Notes: generated by a model not told the origin, from the sequence alone. Positions 17,591 to 32,354 are shown, counted from the stretch's first letter. The stretch is 64,000 nt of DNA from Candidatus Rariloculaceae bacterium (GCA_965262365.1 OZ253541.1:5417648-5481647); one strand, 5' to 3'. Translations and numbers: made by a program.

Positions 17591-18148
17591 CTAGAGCAGC
17601 CGCAGGAGGATCTCTTCGGCTTCCTCGAAGGTCACCTCGCCGGGCTTCTGGACGTACCGGATAATGCCGTCGCGGTCCACGAACGCATTGAAGGGCAGGC
17701 CGCCGTAGGTATTGCCGTAGGCTTCGCTGATGTCCATGACGTCGAACAGGTCGCCGTAGACGATGGGGAAATCGATCGGGACCTCGTCGAGAAACTCGAT
17801 GACCTTGTCCAGCGAATCCGCGCCGAGTCCCACGACCTCGAACCCCCGATCGGCGTATTCGGCACGCAGCCGGTTGAACGCCGGCATTTCCTTGCGGCAG
17901 GGAATGCACCAGCTTGCCCAGAAGTCGACCAGGAGCACCTTGCCGTCCCACTCCGAAACGGATCGGGACCCGCCGTCGACGGTCGCCAGCGTGAAATCGG
18001 GACGGGACGGAGCGTTGGTTACGTACGAAAAACGTTCGGTGTCCAGGTCCTGCGCGTAGCCTGTCGCCGCTGCGGCAAGAACCGCCAGGCCCGCCAGCAG
18101 CCCGTGGCGAAAGCTCCGCGTCGCTGGTCTCGATGTGCGACTGTCCAT
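17591..18148 (-). CDS. TlpA-like thiol-disulfide redoxin
   Basis: LLVDFWASWCIPCRKEMP; start set at MDSRTS. Confidence 0.85.
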   Translation of the reverse strand: MDSRTSRPATRSFRHGLLAGLAVLAAAATGYAQDLDTERFSYVTNAPSRPDFTLATVDGGSRSVSEWDGKVLLVDFWASWCIPCRKEMPAFNRLRAEYADRGFEVVGLGADSLDKVIEFLDEVPIDFPIVYGDLFDVMDISEAYGNTYGGLPFNAFVDRDGIIRYVQKPGEVTFEEAEEILLRLL

Positions 18149-18330
18149 CCTGCATGCTCTCCCGGGCAGTACATGGGGGTCCATCGATACCCTTGCGCTG
18201 CGCCATTGTAAAGCCGATTTCCTTGCGTGCAAGTATAGCCCAGCGGTAGTTGCCCGTCGGTTACACTGAGCGCCCGCTCTCAGCAGCAGACTGAACGGGA
18301 CAGCCGGGCGAACCGGCTCAACTGCCGACG

Positions 18331-19257
18331 ATGGAGTCATTCTGGATCGACAAGCTCGACGCTGACGAAATCCTCATCATCGACGGGGGCACGGGCAGCG
18401 AACTGCAACGCCGCGGTGCGGCCATGGACGCCCAGGCCTGGAGCGGGCCGGCGGCGCTCGCGCACGAAGGGCTGCTGCGGGAGATACACGAGGACTACGT
18501 TCGCGCCGGCGCCGAGGTGATTACGGCCAATACGTTCGGGACCTCGCGTTTCGTTCTCGCATCCGCAGGGTTGGGCGACCGGTTCGAGCCGATCAACCGC
18601 GCAGCCATGCGCGCGGCGCGGGAGGCACGGGACGCCGCGGCCGAACGGCCCGTGGCCATCGCCGGGTCGCTCTCTTGCCTGCCGCCGGGACTCGACCCGG
18701 CCGCGTACCCGGATCCGCAAACCGAATCGGACGGCTATCGGGAACTGGCTCACTTTCTGGCTTCGGAAGGCGCCGACCTCATCGCGCTGGAAATGATGGA
18801 GGATACCGTCCACGCGCGGATGGTCATGGCTGCGGCTCTTGAGACCGGGCTGCCCATCTGGTTGGGCGTCAGCACGCGGCTGAGCGAGGCGGGCGGCAAG
18901 CTGGTCGGGTTCGACTTTCCCGACACGCCGCTGGCCGAGCCCCTGGCGGCGCTCATCCCGATGAAGCCGGCAGTGGTCAACATCATGCACACGCCGTCGG
19001 ATGCCGTCGGGCCGGCATTGGATGAGTTGCGGCGGCACTGGACCGGCCCGTGCGGCGTCTATCCGGAGCTGGGTGATTTCTCGGCCCCGGACTGGCAGTT
19101 CACGCAGCAGTTGACGCCCGGCGAGTTCGTGAGCCTCGCCGTGGACTGGGTGCGTCAGGGTGCCAGGCTGCTGGGCGGCTGCTGCGGCACCTTGCCGGAA
19201 CACATTCATGCGCTGAAGGAGGCCGAGCGGGACTTGCGCGCTGCGCGGCAAGCCTAA
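18331..19257 (+). CDS. Homocysteine S-methyltransferase family protein
   Basis: IIDGGTGSELQRRG, GAEVITANTF, LLGGCCGT. Confidence 0.85.
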   Translation: MESFWIDKLDADEILIIDGGTGSELQRRGAAMDAQAWSGPAALAHEGLLREIHEDYVRAGAEVITANTFGTSRFVLASAGLGDRFEPINRAAMRAAREARDAAAERPVAIAGSLSCLPPGLDPAAYPDPQTESDGYRELAHFLASEGADLIALEMMEDTVHARMVMAAALETGLPIWLGVSTRLSEAGGKLVGFDFPDTPLAEPLAALIPMKPAVVNIMHTPSDAVGPALDELRRHWTGPCGVYPELGDFSAPDWQFTQQLTPGEFVSLAVDWVRQGARLLGGCCGTLPEHIHALKEAERDLRAARQA

Positions 19258-19886
19258 TCGGGTATTGGGATCTCGTCGCTTGTGGCGGGTACGAAGTAGC
19301 CGCGCTGCACAGCAGGCCGCTCGGCGATCTGCAGGTACCATCGCAACACGTTCGGGTGGTCGTGCAGATCAATCTCCTGGCGCGGGTGCCGGGCGATCCA
19401 CGGCCAGGTGGCGATATCGGCGATGCTGTACTCGCCCGCAAGATAGTCGTGCTCGCCGAGGCGCCTGTCCAATACCCCGTAAATGCGCTTCGTCTCGTTG
19501 TGGTACCGGGTTTCGGCGTAGGGCGACTTGCCCTTGTTGTAGAACAGGAAGTGGTGGGTCTGGCCGAGCATCGGGCCGACGCCGCCCATCTGCATCATCA
19601 GCCACTCCAGCACCTGCCATCGGTGGGCGCCTGTCTTCGGGAACAGGCGGCCGGTCTTTTCAGCCAGATAGATGAGAATGGCCGCGGACTCCATCAGGCT
19701 CACGCCCGCGTCTGTGTCCACGATGGCGGGAATCTTGTTGTTCGGGCTGATCTTGAGAAAGTCCGGCTCGAACTGCTCGTCCTTGCCGATGTGCACCGGG
19801 ATGACCCGATAGGGCAGGCCGAGCTCCTCCAGCATGATGGAGACCTTGCGTCCGTTCGGCGTGGTCCACGTATATAGATCGATCAT
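19254..19886 (-). CDS. Glutathione S-transferase, YfcG-like
   Basis: MIDLYTWTTPNGRKVSIMLEE, ISPNNKIPAI, ESAAILIYLAEK, YSIADIA. Confidence 0.9.
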   Translation of the reverse strand: MIDLYTWTTPNGRKVSIMLEELGLPYRVIPVHIGKDEQFEPDFLKISPNNKIPAIVDTDAGVSLMESAAILIYLAEKTGRLFPKTGAHRWQVLEWLMMQMGGVGPMLGQTHHFLFYNKGKSPYAETRYHNETKRIYGVLDRRLGEHDYLAGEYSIADIATWPWIARHPRQEIDLHDHPNVLRWYLQIAERPAVQRGYFVPATSDEIPIPD

Positions 19887-19965
19887 CCGGCTTCCTTCCT
19901 TCTTTCTTCCGCTGCAGTGGCGATGAGGCTGCCGAAACATAGCGCACCACGAAACCCGGAGTCCA

Positions 19966-22738
<2,773 letters not shown>

Positions 22739-22795
22739 TAGTCCATGGCGAAAGTCCCGCGTCGCACCGTGACCGGCGAGGCGCCCGGCTGACAG

Positions 22796-23191
22796 CTACC
22801 GACCGAGCAGACGCTCCATTGCTTCCACGGAGACCGTTTCGGTCAGCTGTAGCAGCTTGCGGCACAGGAGATCGATTCGCCGTTCGCCAATGTTTGCGAA
22901 GCTCAGGCGCAGGTTGATGAAGTCCTGTTCCGAACTCGCGGAATGTGTTGCGACCGGTACCAGGCTGAGCGTGGCCAACAGGACAAAGATCCTGGCCAGT
23001 GCGCTGGATGTCGCATCGGTGACGACCGAGACAGTCCGGGTTCCCGGCCCGACGCTTGTGGATGCCGATACCCTTGGTTCGGGATCGGCATGGGCGGCAT
23101 ACCGTTCGGAAAGGCCCGGTACCGCGATGGTGGCGCGATGATGCAGCGGCATCATGCGCCGGTTGACTTCAGGACTCGTGCTGGCATCCAT
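22796..23191 (-). CDS. Small hypothetical protein with a possible ACT-like C-terminal part, divergent from the Lrp gene
   Basis: 131-aa ORF; ...RIFVLLATLSLVP...RRIDLLCRKLLQLTETVSVE. Confidence 0.4.
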   Translation of the reverse strand: MDASTSPEVNRRMMPLHHRATIAVPGLSERYAAHADPEPRVSASTSVGPGTRTVSVVTDATSSALARIFVLLATLSLVPVATHSASSEQDFINLRLSFANIGERRIDLLCRKLLQLTETVSVEAMERLLGR

Positions 23192-23346
23192 GGATTGAGC
23201 GTCTTTGAATCGGCTTCAGTGGGTATCGGTGGTGGAATTCGGGAATCAATATAGCGCAGCCGCGCCACAAAAGTGCTTCAAATTTCGTCCAAATTCGAGT
23301 TTAATTGAATACAGAATGCTAAATATGACAAAAAGACGAGTAATTT

Positions 23347-23814
23347 ATGCAACCTATTTCGTTGGACGACAAGGATCGACGGATACTGAGGCTCCTTCAG
23401 ACCGTACCTGAAATCACCGCCGCGGAGATCGGCGAGCGAATCGGGAGTTCGCAGGCTACCTGCTGGCGCCGGATACGGCGCTTGCGGAAGAAGGGGCTGA
23501 TACCCGATCAGGTGGTTACCCTGGACCGGAGAAAGGCGGGCTACAATGCCATGATATTCGCCCAGGTGAAGCTGAATTCGCAGGGCCGGGCGGATCTCGC
23601 TTCATTCTCCGAGGCCGTTCAGAGCTTTCCGGAGGTTCTGGATTGCTATGTGCTGATGGGCAGCGTTGATTTTCTGCTCCGCATCGTCGCGCGCGACATC
23701 GATGCGTACGAGCGGTTCTTCTTCGAGCGGCTGTCCAAGTTGCCCGGTGTGCAGGAGATCACCTCGAGCATGGCGCTTTCGGAGATCAAGCGGACGACTG
23801 CGCTGCCCATATAG
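23347..23814 (+). CDS. Lrp/AsnC family transcriptional regulator
   Basis: LDDKDRRILRLLQ, TCWRRIRRL, EVLDCYVLMGSVDFLLRIV. Confidence 0.9.
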   Translation: MQPISLDDKDRRILRLLQTVPEITAAEIGERIGSSQATCWRRIRRLRKKGLIPDQVVTLDRRKAGYNAMIFAQVKLNSQGRADLASFSEAVQSFPEVLDCYVLMGSVDFLLRIVARDIDAYERFFFERLSKLPGVQEITSSMALSEIKRTTALPI

Positions 23815-23854
23815 CCCGGCTATCATTGGTTATTCACGATTGGGAGAATCCACC

Positions 23855-24382
23855 ATGAATTCTTTGACGAGTTTCTTGCGCATCGGTCATTGGCTCGTTC
23901 TTGCAGGCGCGTTGGCGGTTTTGTTCGCGGGCTGCGAGTCAGGCGGTCCGGCGTTCGAGTATGTACGTCTGCCGGGTACGGAACCGGGGGGAGAGACCAA
24001 TCAGCCGTTTACCTCCGCCATCAAGGTCCGCTCGGGCAGCATCGTGTTCCTGTCGGGAACGGTGGGTGCCGGTCCGCACAGCCACCCGCACGTTGCGGCC
24101 GAATTCGACCACCTGGACTTCAGCCCGGAGGCTCAGGCGGAGCGGGTCATGGAGAGCCTGAAGGAAATGGTGGAGGCGGCCGGCGGCGAATTGACCGACA
24201 TTATCCAGGTCACAAGGTTCATGCGTGATGTGGGCGCCAACCAGGACGCGGTCAACGAAGTGATGAATCGCTATTGGGGCCCTGACCACCGCCCGGCCAG
24301 CACCACCCTGGAAATAGTCCGGCTTGCAACCGACCCGCGCTTCATCCTCGAGGTCGAAGCGGTGGCCGTTGTGGACGACTGA
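23855..24382 (+). CDS. RidA/Rid-family protein with an N-terminal lipoprotein signal
   Basis: Lipobox LFAG-C; VFLSG, EQVM/QAERVMESLK, RPASTTLEIVRL, ILEVEAVAVV. Confidence 0.75.
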   Translation: MNSLTSFLRIGHWLVLAGALAVLFAGCESGGPAFEYVRLPGTEPGGETNQPFTSAIKVRSGSIVFLSGTVGAGPHSHPHVAAEFDHLDFSPEAQAERVMESLKEMVEAAGGELTDIIQVTRFMRDVGANQDAVNEVMNRYWGPDHRPASTTLEIVRLATDPRFILEVEAVAVVDD

Positions 24383-24502
24383 GCGCTTCGACGAACTGTG
24401 CTCCGTAGTGCGGAGCGCCGGGCGAAAACCCGGCGCTCGCATCCTTCAGCATTCCGCTGAGGCGCTGCCTGTCACGCGACGAGGCGCTTCTGCGAAGAGC
24501 CG

Positions 24503-26612
<2,110 letters not shown>

Positions 26613-26630
26613 GACTTCAACCTCTTGCTG

Positions 26631-26694
26631 TTCCAGCGCCTGCCTCGGACGGTGCTCCTGCTTTCCAGCGCCTGCATCGGACGGTGCTCCTGCT
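26631..26694. repeat. 32-bp tandem duplication in the ligC-ligA spacer
   Basis: TTCCAGCGCCTGC(C/A)TCGGACGGTGCTCCTGCT twice, plus a degenerate third copy to ~26718. Confidence 0.85.
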
Positions 26695-26727
26695 TTTTCC
26701 CCCTGTCTCGGACGGCGCTGACGAGCC

Positions 26728-27672
26728 CTAACTGCTGAGGCTCCTCTCCAGCCGGTCCAGCGTCCGCATCGCCGCCAGGCACTGGCCCACGCTGGAATTG
26801 GGTTCGCGTCCTTCCCTGATCGCCGCGATGAACTCGCGGTCCTGCAACTCGATCCCGTCCATGGAAACGTCGACATCGGAGACGTCGATGGGATTCTCCT
26901 TGCCGTCGAACAGATCGTCATAGCGGGCGATGTACGTGCCATTGTCGCAGATATACCGGAAAAACGTACCCAGCGGCCCGTCGTTGTTGAACGACAGCGA
27001 AAGCGTGCAGATCGCACCCGAGGGCACCTTCATGCCGATGCTCATGTCCATGGCGATGCCCAGGCCAGGGTGGATCGGACCCTGCAGGGCATGGACCTCC
27101 TCGGCCTCTTCACCCGTCTGGTACTGGAACAGGTCCACGGTGTGGCAGGCGTGGTGCCAGAGGAGGTGGTCGGTCCAGCTCCGGGGCTTGCCTTCGGCAT
27201 TGATGTTCTTGCGCCGAAAGAAATAGGTCTGCACGTCCATCTGCTGGACCGTGAGTTCGCCGGCCTGGATTCGCTGGTGAATCCACTGGTGACTGGGATT
27301 GAATCGCCGAGTATGTCCGGCCATGGCCACGAGCCCGGTTTCCTCCTGGACCCTGACCAACCGCTCGGAGTCGGCCAGCGAATCGGCCATGGGGATTTCC
27401 ACCTCCACGTGCTTGCCGGCGCGCATGCACTGCTCGGCCTGATCCGCGTGCATCTGCGTGGGCGTCGTGAGAATCGCGGCGTCGACGCCGGGTTGTTCGA
27501 GGCTCTCCGCCAGATCCGTGGTCCAGTGGGGGATGCCGAACTTTCGCGCCACCGCTTCGGTGGAATCCGGTGAACCGCCGGCGAGAGAGACGACTTCAAC
27601 GCCGTCGATGCGAGCCAATCCGGCCAGGTGCTTCTGACCGAAGGCACCCTGACCAGCCAGACAAATCTTCAT
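26728..27672 (-). CDS. ligC: 4-carboxy-2-hydroxymuconate-6-semialdehyde dehydrogenase (Gfo/Idh/MocA)
   Basis: MKICLAGQGAFGQKHL, GKHVEVEIP, GHTRRFNPSHQ, WTDHLLWHHACHTVD. Confidence 0.85.
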   Translation of the reverse strand: MKICLAGQGAFGQKHLAGLARIDGVEVVSLAGGSPDSTEAVARKFGIPHWTTDLAESLEQPGVDAAILTTPTQMHADQAEQCMRAGKHVEVEIPMADSLADSERLVRVQEETGLVAMAGHTRRFNPSHQWIHQRIQAGELTVQQMDVQTYFFRRKNINAEGKPRSWTDHLLWHHACHTVDLFQYQTGEEAEEVHALQGPIHPGLGIAMDMSIGMKVPSGAICTLSLSFNNDGPLGTFFRYICDNGTYIARYDDLFDGKENPIDVSDVDVSMDGIELQDREFIAAIREGREPNSSVGQCLAAMRTLDRLERSLSS

Positions 27673-27811
27673 TCCGGATACTCCCTTTGCTGCCGGATCG
27701 TGCGCTCGCACGACTCATGTTGCGACCGGCAAAACGCGTGAAGCGCGTATTAGAAACGTCTCGGCTGGCGTGCGCAAGCCTTGTGGTTACCCTATACTCC
27801 TGCGGCTCAAC

Positions 27812-27888
27812 GCGCCCGTAGTTCAGCTGGATAGAACGCCGGCCTACGAAGCCGGAAGTCGGGAGTTCGAATCTCTCCGGGCGCGCCA
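27812..27888 (+). tRNA. tRNA-Arg (ACG)
   Basis: GCGCCCG acceptor stem, anticodon arm CCGGC-CTACGAA-GCCGG, TTCGAAT, CCA end. Confidence 0.95.
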
Positions 27889-27920
27889 ACGACACCCGGG
27901 TCCATTCCGGACACAGGCTG

Positions 27921-28292
27921 CTAGAGCAGGCTGCATCCGTAGTCGGCAAAGCGATGATCGTCGCTCATCAACCTCATGTTTCGCGCCATGCTCTGTACGA
28001 TAAGCATCCGGTCAAACGGGTCGCGATGGTGAAAGGGGAGATCCTTCAAACGGACAGCATCCGCTGCGGAGAAATCCAGCAGCTCGAGGCCCAACTGCTC
28101 GGCGCAAGCGATAACGTCATGATCGAAGCACAATTTGTTGAGCGACGCCTTGATCATGATTTCGGCGATCGAGACGGAACTCAGGTAGATGATGTTGGCG
28201 CGGCTCTCAAGTTCGTTTCTTTTCGCCGGTGACAGACGTTCAGGCGTGCCGACTGCCCAGATGAACACGTGGGTGTCGATCAGGATTCGCAA
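27921..28292 (-). CDS. vapC: VapC PIN-domain toxin
   Basis: LIDTHVFIW, SSVSIAEIMIK, HHRDPFDRMLIVQS. Confidence 0.9.
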   Translation of the reverse strand: MRILIDTHVFIWAVGTPERLSPAKRNELESRANIIYLSSVSIAEIMIKASLNKLCFDHDVIACAEQLGLELLDFSAADAVRLKDLPFHHRDPFDRMLIVQSMARNMRLMSDDHRFADYGCSLL

Positions 28293-28525
28293 TCATCTTC
28301 CCCATGGAACAGTCTTTCGATTTCCGCATCTTCGCCAAACAAGGCTTGATCGGGAACGTCTACTCGACCTTTCAGAAAACCCAGCTTTCGCTTGCCTTCC
28401 GGGATATGTGGCACCAGATCGGCAATGGGCAGATTGTTCTTGGCGATGACCACCTTCTCGCCATGGTAGACGCGATCGATCAGATGCGAGAGCTGCGCCT
28501 TTGCATCCGAAATGTTGACGATCAT
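28280..28525 (-). CDS. Phd/YefM-family antitoxin
   Basis: VNISDAKAQLSHLIDRVYHGEKVVIAKNNLPIADLVP; overlaps the toxin start. Confidence 0.9.
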   Translation of the reverse strand: MIVNISDAKAQLSHLIDRVYHGEKVVIAKNNLPIADLVPHIPEGKRKLGFLKGRVDVPDQALFGEDAEIERLFHGEDDCES

Positions 28526-28553
28526 CCGGTGACCTCCTGTACGTTGTCTGTCT

Positions 28554-28590
28554 GACTAAATCTAGTCTATCAGACCAGATCGGATCTGGT
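28554..28590. promoter_or_regulatory. Two palindromes upstream of the TA operon (candidate autoregulatory operator or terminator)
   Basis: GACTA-AATC-TAGTC (28554-28567) and ACCAGATC-G-GATCTGGT (28574-28590). Confidence 0.5.
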
Positions 28591-28640
28591 TGGTCAATGC
28601 AATGAGCCGCTTCGGTGGTCGAATGCAGTTGAACACGATT

Positions 28641-29546
28641 CTAGTTCAGCCGCTGGTCTGCGTGATTCCTCAGGTACCCATCGACATAGTCCCTGTAGTA
28701 GGACATCGCCCGTCGGGTCAAGCGGCCGCCACCCTCCGGAAATTCGACCGGGTTACCGCCCGACAGCATCAGGCTACGAACCGGCATTACCTCCCGCGTG
28801 GCGCTGGTGATAAAGCCCTCCATGGCGCGTGCAGCATCCCCGAGCGGGATATCCCGCGAGACAATATCCAGCCCATGGGCCGAGCAAGCCTCCTGAAGCG
28901 CGACCCGGGTCAGTCCCCGCAGGTGTCCCGCCGTCTCGGCCGGGGTGACCAGGTTACCGTCGATCACAAAAAAAACATTGCTGTTCGAAGACTCGGTGAT
29001 CAGGCCCGCGTCGTTCAGCATGACGCAGTCGTCGGCGCCCAGCTTTCGTGCCTCGATAACACCCAGAACATTGTTCAGGTAATTTCCGCCCTTGATGTTC
29101 GGGTTGAGTGCATTGATGGGATTGCGGCGCGTGCTCGAGATGGCCAGCCGCACGCCCTGACGGTAGAAATCCTCCCGCCAGCGGTGCAGTTGCTTGACGA
29201 CAATCACATACCGGGTCGCCAATTCCGGGTCGGGAAACAGATCCACCGGCCCCTCGCCGCGAGTGACGCAGTAGCGCACATAGACATCCTCACCAACTTC
29301 CCCGGCACCCGACGCCCTGAACGTCCTGCGAATCTCCTCCGTCATCTCTTCCTTGCTCAGCTCCAGTCGCAGGTGGATCAGCCTGGCGGAATTTTCCAAC
29401 CTTTCCCAGTGCTCATCGAAGAACAGCGGGATCCCCCCATAGGTCCGAAACACCTCGTAGATCGAGTCGCCGTAAAGAAACCCCCGATCCATCACCGGAA
29501 TCCGCGCTTCACTCGTGGGCGTGATGACCCCATCGACGTTGGCCAT
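28641..29546 (-). CDS. Aminotransferase class IV (IlvE/Dat/PabC-like)
   Basis: MDRGFLYGDSIYEVFRTY, IKGGNYL, TESSNSNVF, LRGLTR, FITSATREVMPV. Confidence 0.85.
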   Translation of the reverse strand: MANVDGVITPTSEARIPVMDRGFLYGDSIYEVFRTYGGIPLFFDEHWERLENSARLIHLRLELSKEEMTEEIRRTFRASGAGEVGEDVYVRYCVTRGEGPVDLFPDPELATRYVIVVKQLHRWREDFYRQGVRLAISSTRRNPINALNPNIKGGNYLNNVLGVIEARKLGADDCVMLNDAGLITESSNSNVFFVIDGNLVTPAETAGHLRGLTRVALQEACSAHGLDIVSRDIPLGDAARAMEGFITSATREVMPVRSLMLSGGNPVEFPEGGGRLTRRAMSYYRDYVDGYLRNHADQRLN

Positions 29547-29601
29547 ACTCTGAACTTTACTCACTGCGATCTCCCGAATTGTAGGTCTCGCGACGAACAC
29601 C

Positions 29602-30222
29602 TCATTCACTCCGAGTAAGCCGACCCCTGAGATTACGCTCAAGATCATTCCGCACCCGCCCAACATCCGCAACCCCACAAAGCGACCTGAGATCCGTAAC
29701 CCGCAGCGCCTCGAAACCGCAAGGATTGATCCTCGTGAACGGCTCAAGGTCCATGTTCACGTTCAGGGCGATCCCGTGGTAGGAGCACTGGCGACTGATC
29801 TTCAGCCCCAGTGCGGCGAGCTTGCAGCCGTCCACGTAGACGCCTGGCGCATCGCGCCGTCCGTACGCTTCGATGCCGTATTCCGCCGCCGTATCGATGA
29901 CGGCGTATTCAAGAGCCTCCACCAACCCGCGGACGCCAATCTTCAGGCGGGCCAGATCGAGGAGGGTATACGCCACCAGTTGGCCGGGACCGTGGTAAGT
30001 GACCTGTCCTCCCCGATCGACCTTCAGGACCGGGATATTCCCGGGATCGAGGACGTGAGCCGTGTTGCCGTTGAGCCCCAGGGTAAAGATGGCGGGGTGC
30101 TCGACGAACCAGACTTCGTCACGGGTATCTTCGGTGCGCTCCGCGGTAAAGCGCTTCATCTCCTCCCAGACCACCGGGAGGAGCCGCTGCTCCAGGTCGT
30201 GCCGTACAAAACCACCGGCCAC
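29602..30222 (-). CDS. lipB: Octanoyltransferase
   Basis: VEHPAIFTLG, DRGGQVTYHGPGQLVAY, KLAALGL, YHGIALNV, INPCG. Confidence 0.95.
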   Translation of the reverse strand: MAGGFVRHDLEQRLLPVVWEEMKRFTAERTEDTRDEVWFVEHPAIFTLGLNGNTAHVLDPGNIPVLKVDRGGQVTYHGPGQLVAYTLLDLARLKIGVRGLVEALEYAVIDTAAEYGIEAYGRRDAPGVYVDGCKLAALGLKISRQCSYHGIALNVNMDLEPFTRINPCGFEALRVTDLRSLCGVADVGRVRNDLERNLRGRLTRSE

Positions 30223-30297
30223 GGCGTCAAAGACACGGGGCTTTTGCCGCGCACGGCCTGCGTGTCCATGCGCGCGGCGTGCCTGCAGGCAGGCGGA

Positions 30298-31482
30298 TCA
30301 TTGAAACCAGAGGCTGACTTCGTCCTTGATTCGTTTCCACAGCCCGGCCTCGGCAACATCGGCCAGCGCCACCAGCGGCAGTTCCACCAGTTCTTCGTCG
30401 TTCATCGAAACCCGCACGGACCCCAGCAATGTGCCTGCCTCGATGGGCGCGGTAAGGTCCGGATCGATGGTCGTATCGGCCATCAGGAAGTCGTAGCGTC
30501 CCTTGGGAATCGTCAGGAAATGGTCCTCGGCAACGCCCAGGGAAACCGAGTTGGTTTCCCCCTTCCAGACGCGTGCCGTGGTGACTTCGTCGCCGGCGGA
30601 GTACAGCTTGTAGGTCTCGAAGAAGCGGAATCCGTAGTTGAGCAGCGCCTGGCTGTCGTTTGCCCTTGCTTCAGCGCTGTGCGATCCCATGACCACCGAC
30701 ACCAGCCGCATGCCCGAGCGCTCGGCAGAGGTCACCAGACAGTAGCCCGCCGCGTCCGTATAGCCGGTCTTCAACCCATCCACCGACGAATCGCGCCAGA
30801 GCAGCAAATTGCGGTTGAACTGCTCGATTTCGTTATAGGTAAATTCCCGCTGGGAGTACCAGGCGTAGTACTCGGGAAATTCGGAAATGATCGCCCGGGC
30901 TATGGTGGCAGCATCCCGGGCGGTCATGTAGTGGTCCGAATCCGGCAGACCGGTGCTGTTGCGGAACGAACTGGATTCCATGCCCAACTGTTCCGCGTAG
31001 AAGTTCATGAGATCGGCGAATGTCTCCTCCGTTCCCGCAACATGCTCCGCCAGGGCAACGCTCGCATCGTTGCCAGATTGCACGATCATCCCCTGCAGGA
31101 GGTCCTCCACGGAAACGGTTGTGCCGACCTGGATAAACGTCCTGGAGCCTTCCGTGCCCCAGGCCTTCTCACTGACCCGGACCTGGTCGTCCAGGCTGAT
31201 CAGCCCATCCCTGAGCGCCTTGAAGGCCGTATACGCCGTCATCAGCTTGGTGAGGCTGGCCGGTTCGAGGATCTCGTCCGGGTTGCTCTCGGCGACGATG
31301 CCGCCGGTGGCGTGATCGATGAGAATGTAGCTCTTCACGCCCAGTTGCGGCGGCGCGGGAATGGGGATTTCCTGGCCTTGGAGCGCGGGAGCGATAGCAA
31401 GGGTGAAGGCGGTCAGCATCCAGGTTCGGAGCATCGGGTTCCTCCTGACGGGCACTTGGGTTTGCATTGTATCGGGGTTCAT
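30298..31482 (-). CDS. D-Ala-D-Ala carboxypeptidase (DacA/DacC)
   Basis: PASLTKLMT (SxxK), SGNDAS, GLKTGYT. Confidence 0.9.
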   Translation of the reverse strand: MNPDTMQTQVPVRRNPMLRTWMLTAFTLAIAPALQGQEIPIPAPPQLGVKSYILIDHATGGIVAESNPDEILEPASLTKLMTAYTAFKALRDGLISLDDQVRVSEKAWGTEGSRTFIQVGTTVSVEDLLQGMIVQSGNDASVALAEHVAGTEETFADLMNFYAEQLGMESSSFRNSTGLPDSDHYMTARDAATIARAIISEFPEYYAWYSQREFTYNEIEQFNRNLLLWRDSSVDGLKTGYTDAAGYCLVTSAERSGMRLVSVVMGSHSAEARANDSQALLNYGFRFFETYKLYSAGDEVTTARVWKGETNSVSLGVAEDHFLTIPKGRYDFLMADTTIDPDLTAPIEAGTLLGSVRVSMNDEELVELPLVALADVAEAGLWKRIKDEVSLWFQ

Positions 31483-32354
31483 GGGCCTATAACCAGATGG
31501 GGTTTTTCGAAGCCCATTGCAACCAGATTGTCGACGGCCGCGTCGGCGGCATCGACATGGGGAAACGGCCCCAGCCGCACGCGGTACAGGCTGGGAGTTG
31601 CGCCGTGGTCGGCATCGATTTCGATCCGTTCAAAACCTGCGGCGTGCAACGCGTCCACGAACTGCGCGGCGCTGTCCTGCCGGGAGAATGCCCCGGCCTG
31701 CAGGTAAATGCGCTGGCTTGGGGGGACCGAAGCCGCGGCCAATGACACGGGCATTATCGTTGCCGCGCGCTCGGTACCGGCACTGGCCTGTCTGGTTCCC
31801 GGCACGCCGTCGTACGGCAGGACCTCGCCAGAGGCCGGTACGCCGAGGACGCGAACCTCCACCGGTGCGGTTCCCTCGGTCACCATATCCAGCACCACGG
31901 CTGCGCCGAAGGACAGATCGATGATGCGATTGTCCACAAAAGGTCCGCGGTCATTGACCTTGACGATCACCTGCTTGCCGGTTTCCAGGTGCGTGACTTC
32001 GACCCAGGTGGGTATGGGCAGCGTGGTATGGGCGGCGGTGTGGGCGAACATGTCATAGGGCTCGCCGCTGGAAGTGGAACGCCCGTGGAACTGTTCGCCG
32101 TACCACGATGCGACGCCGGTCCTGCGATAGCCCTGGGCCGAATCGAGCACATAGTGCCGTTGACCGAATACCTCGTAGTAAGGCGGATTGCCCAGCGCGC
32201 TGCGGGGCGGGGCGAGGATGGCCTGCTGCACCGCGGGTTCAGGAACATCCGTGCGCGGATTTCGTGCGCAACCCGCAAGCCCCACCGACAACGACACCGC
32301 GGCGATCAATGTGAGCCACGGCAGGGTACCGAAGTGCTCCGGATCGCGATTCAT
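31479..32354 (-). CDS. rlpA: Septal ring lytic transglycosylase with SPOR domain
   Basis: Lipobox LAGC; GVASWYG, TAAHTTLP, VNDRGPF, IIDLS; LQAGAFS. Confidence 0.9.
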   Translation of the reverse strand: MNRDPEHFGTLPWLTLIAAVSLSVGLAGCARNPRTDVPEPAVQQAILAPPRSALGNPPYYEVFGQRHYVLDSAQGYRRTGVASWYGEQFHGRSTSSGEPYDMFAHTAAHTTLPIPTWVEVTHLETGKQVIVKVNDRGPFVDNRIIDLSFGAAVVLDMVTEGTAPVEVRVLGVPASGEVLPYDGVPGTRQASAGTERAATIMPVSLAAASVPPSQRIYLQAGAFSRQDSAAQFVDALHAAGFERIEIDADHGATPSLYRVRLGPFPHVDAADAAVDNLVAMGFEKPHLVIGP

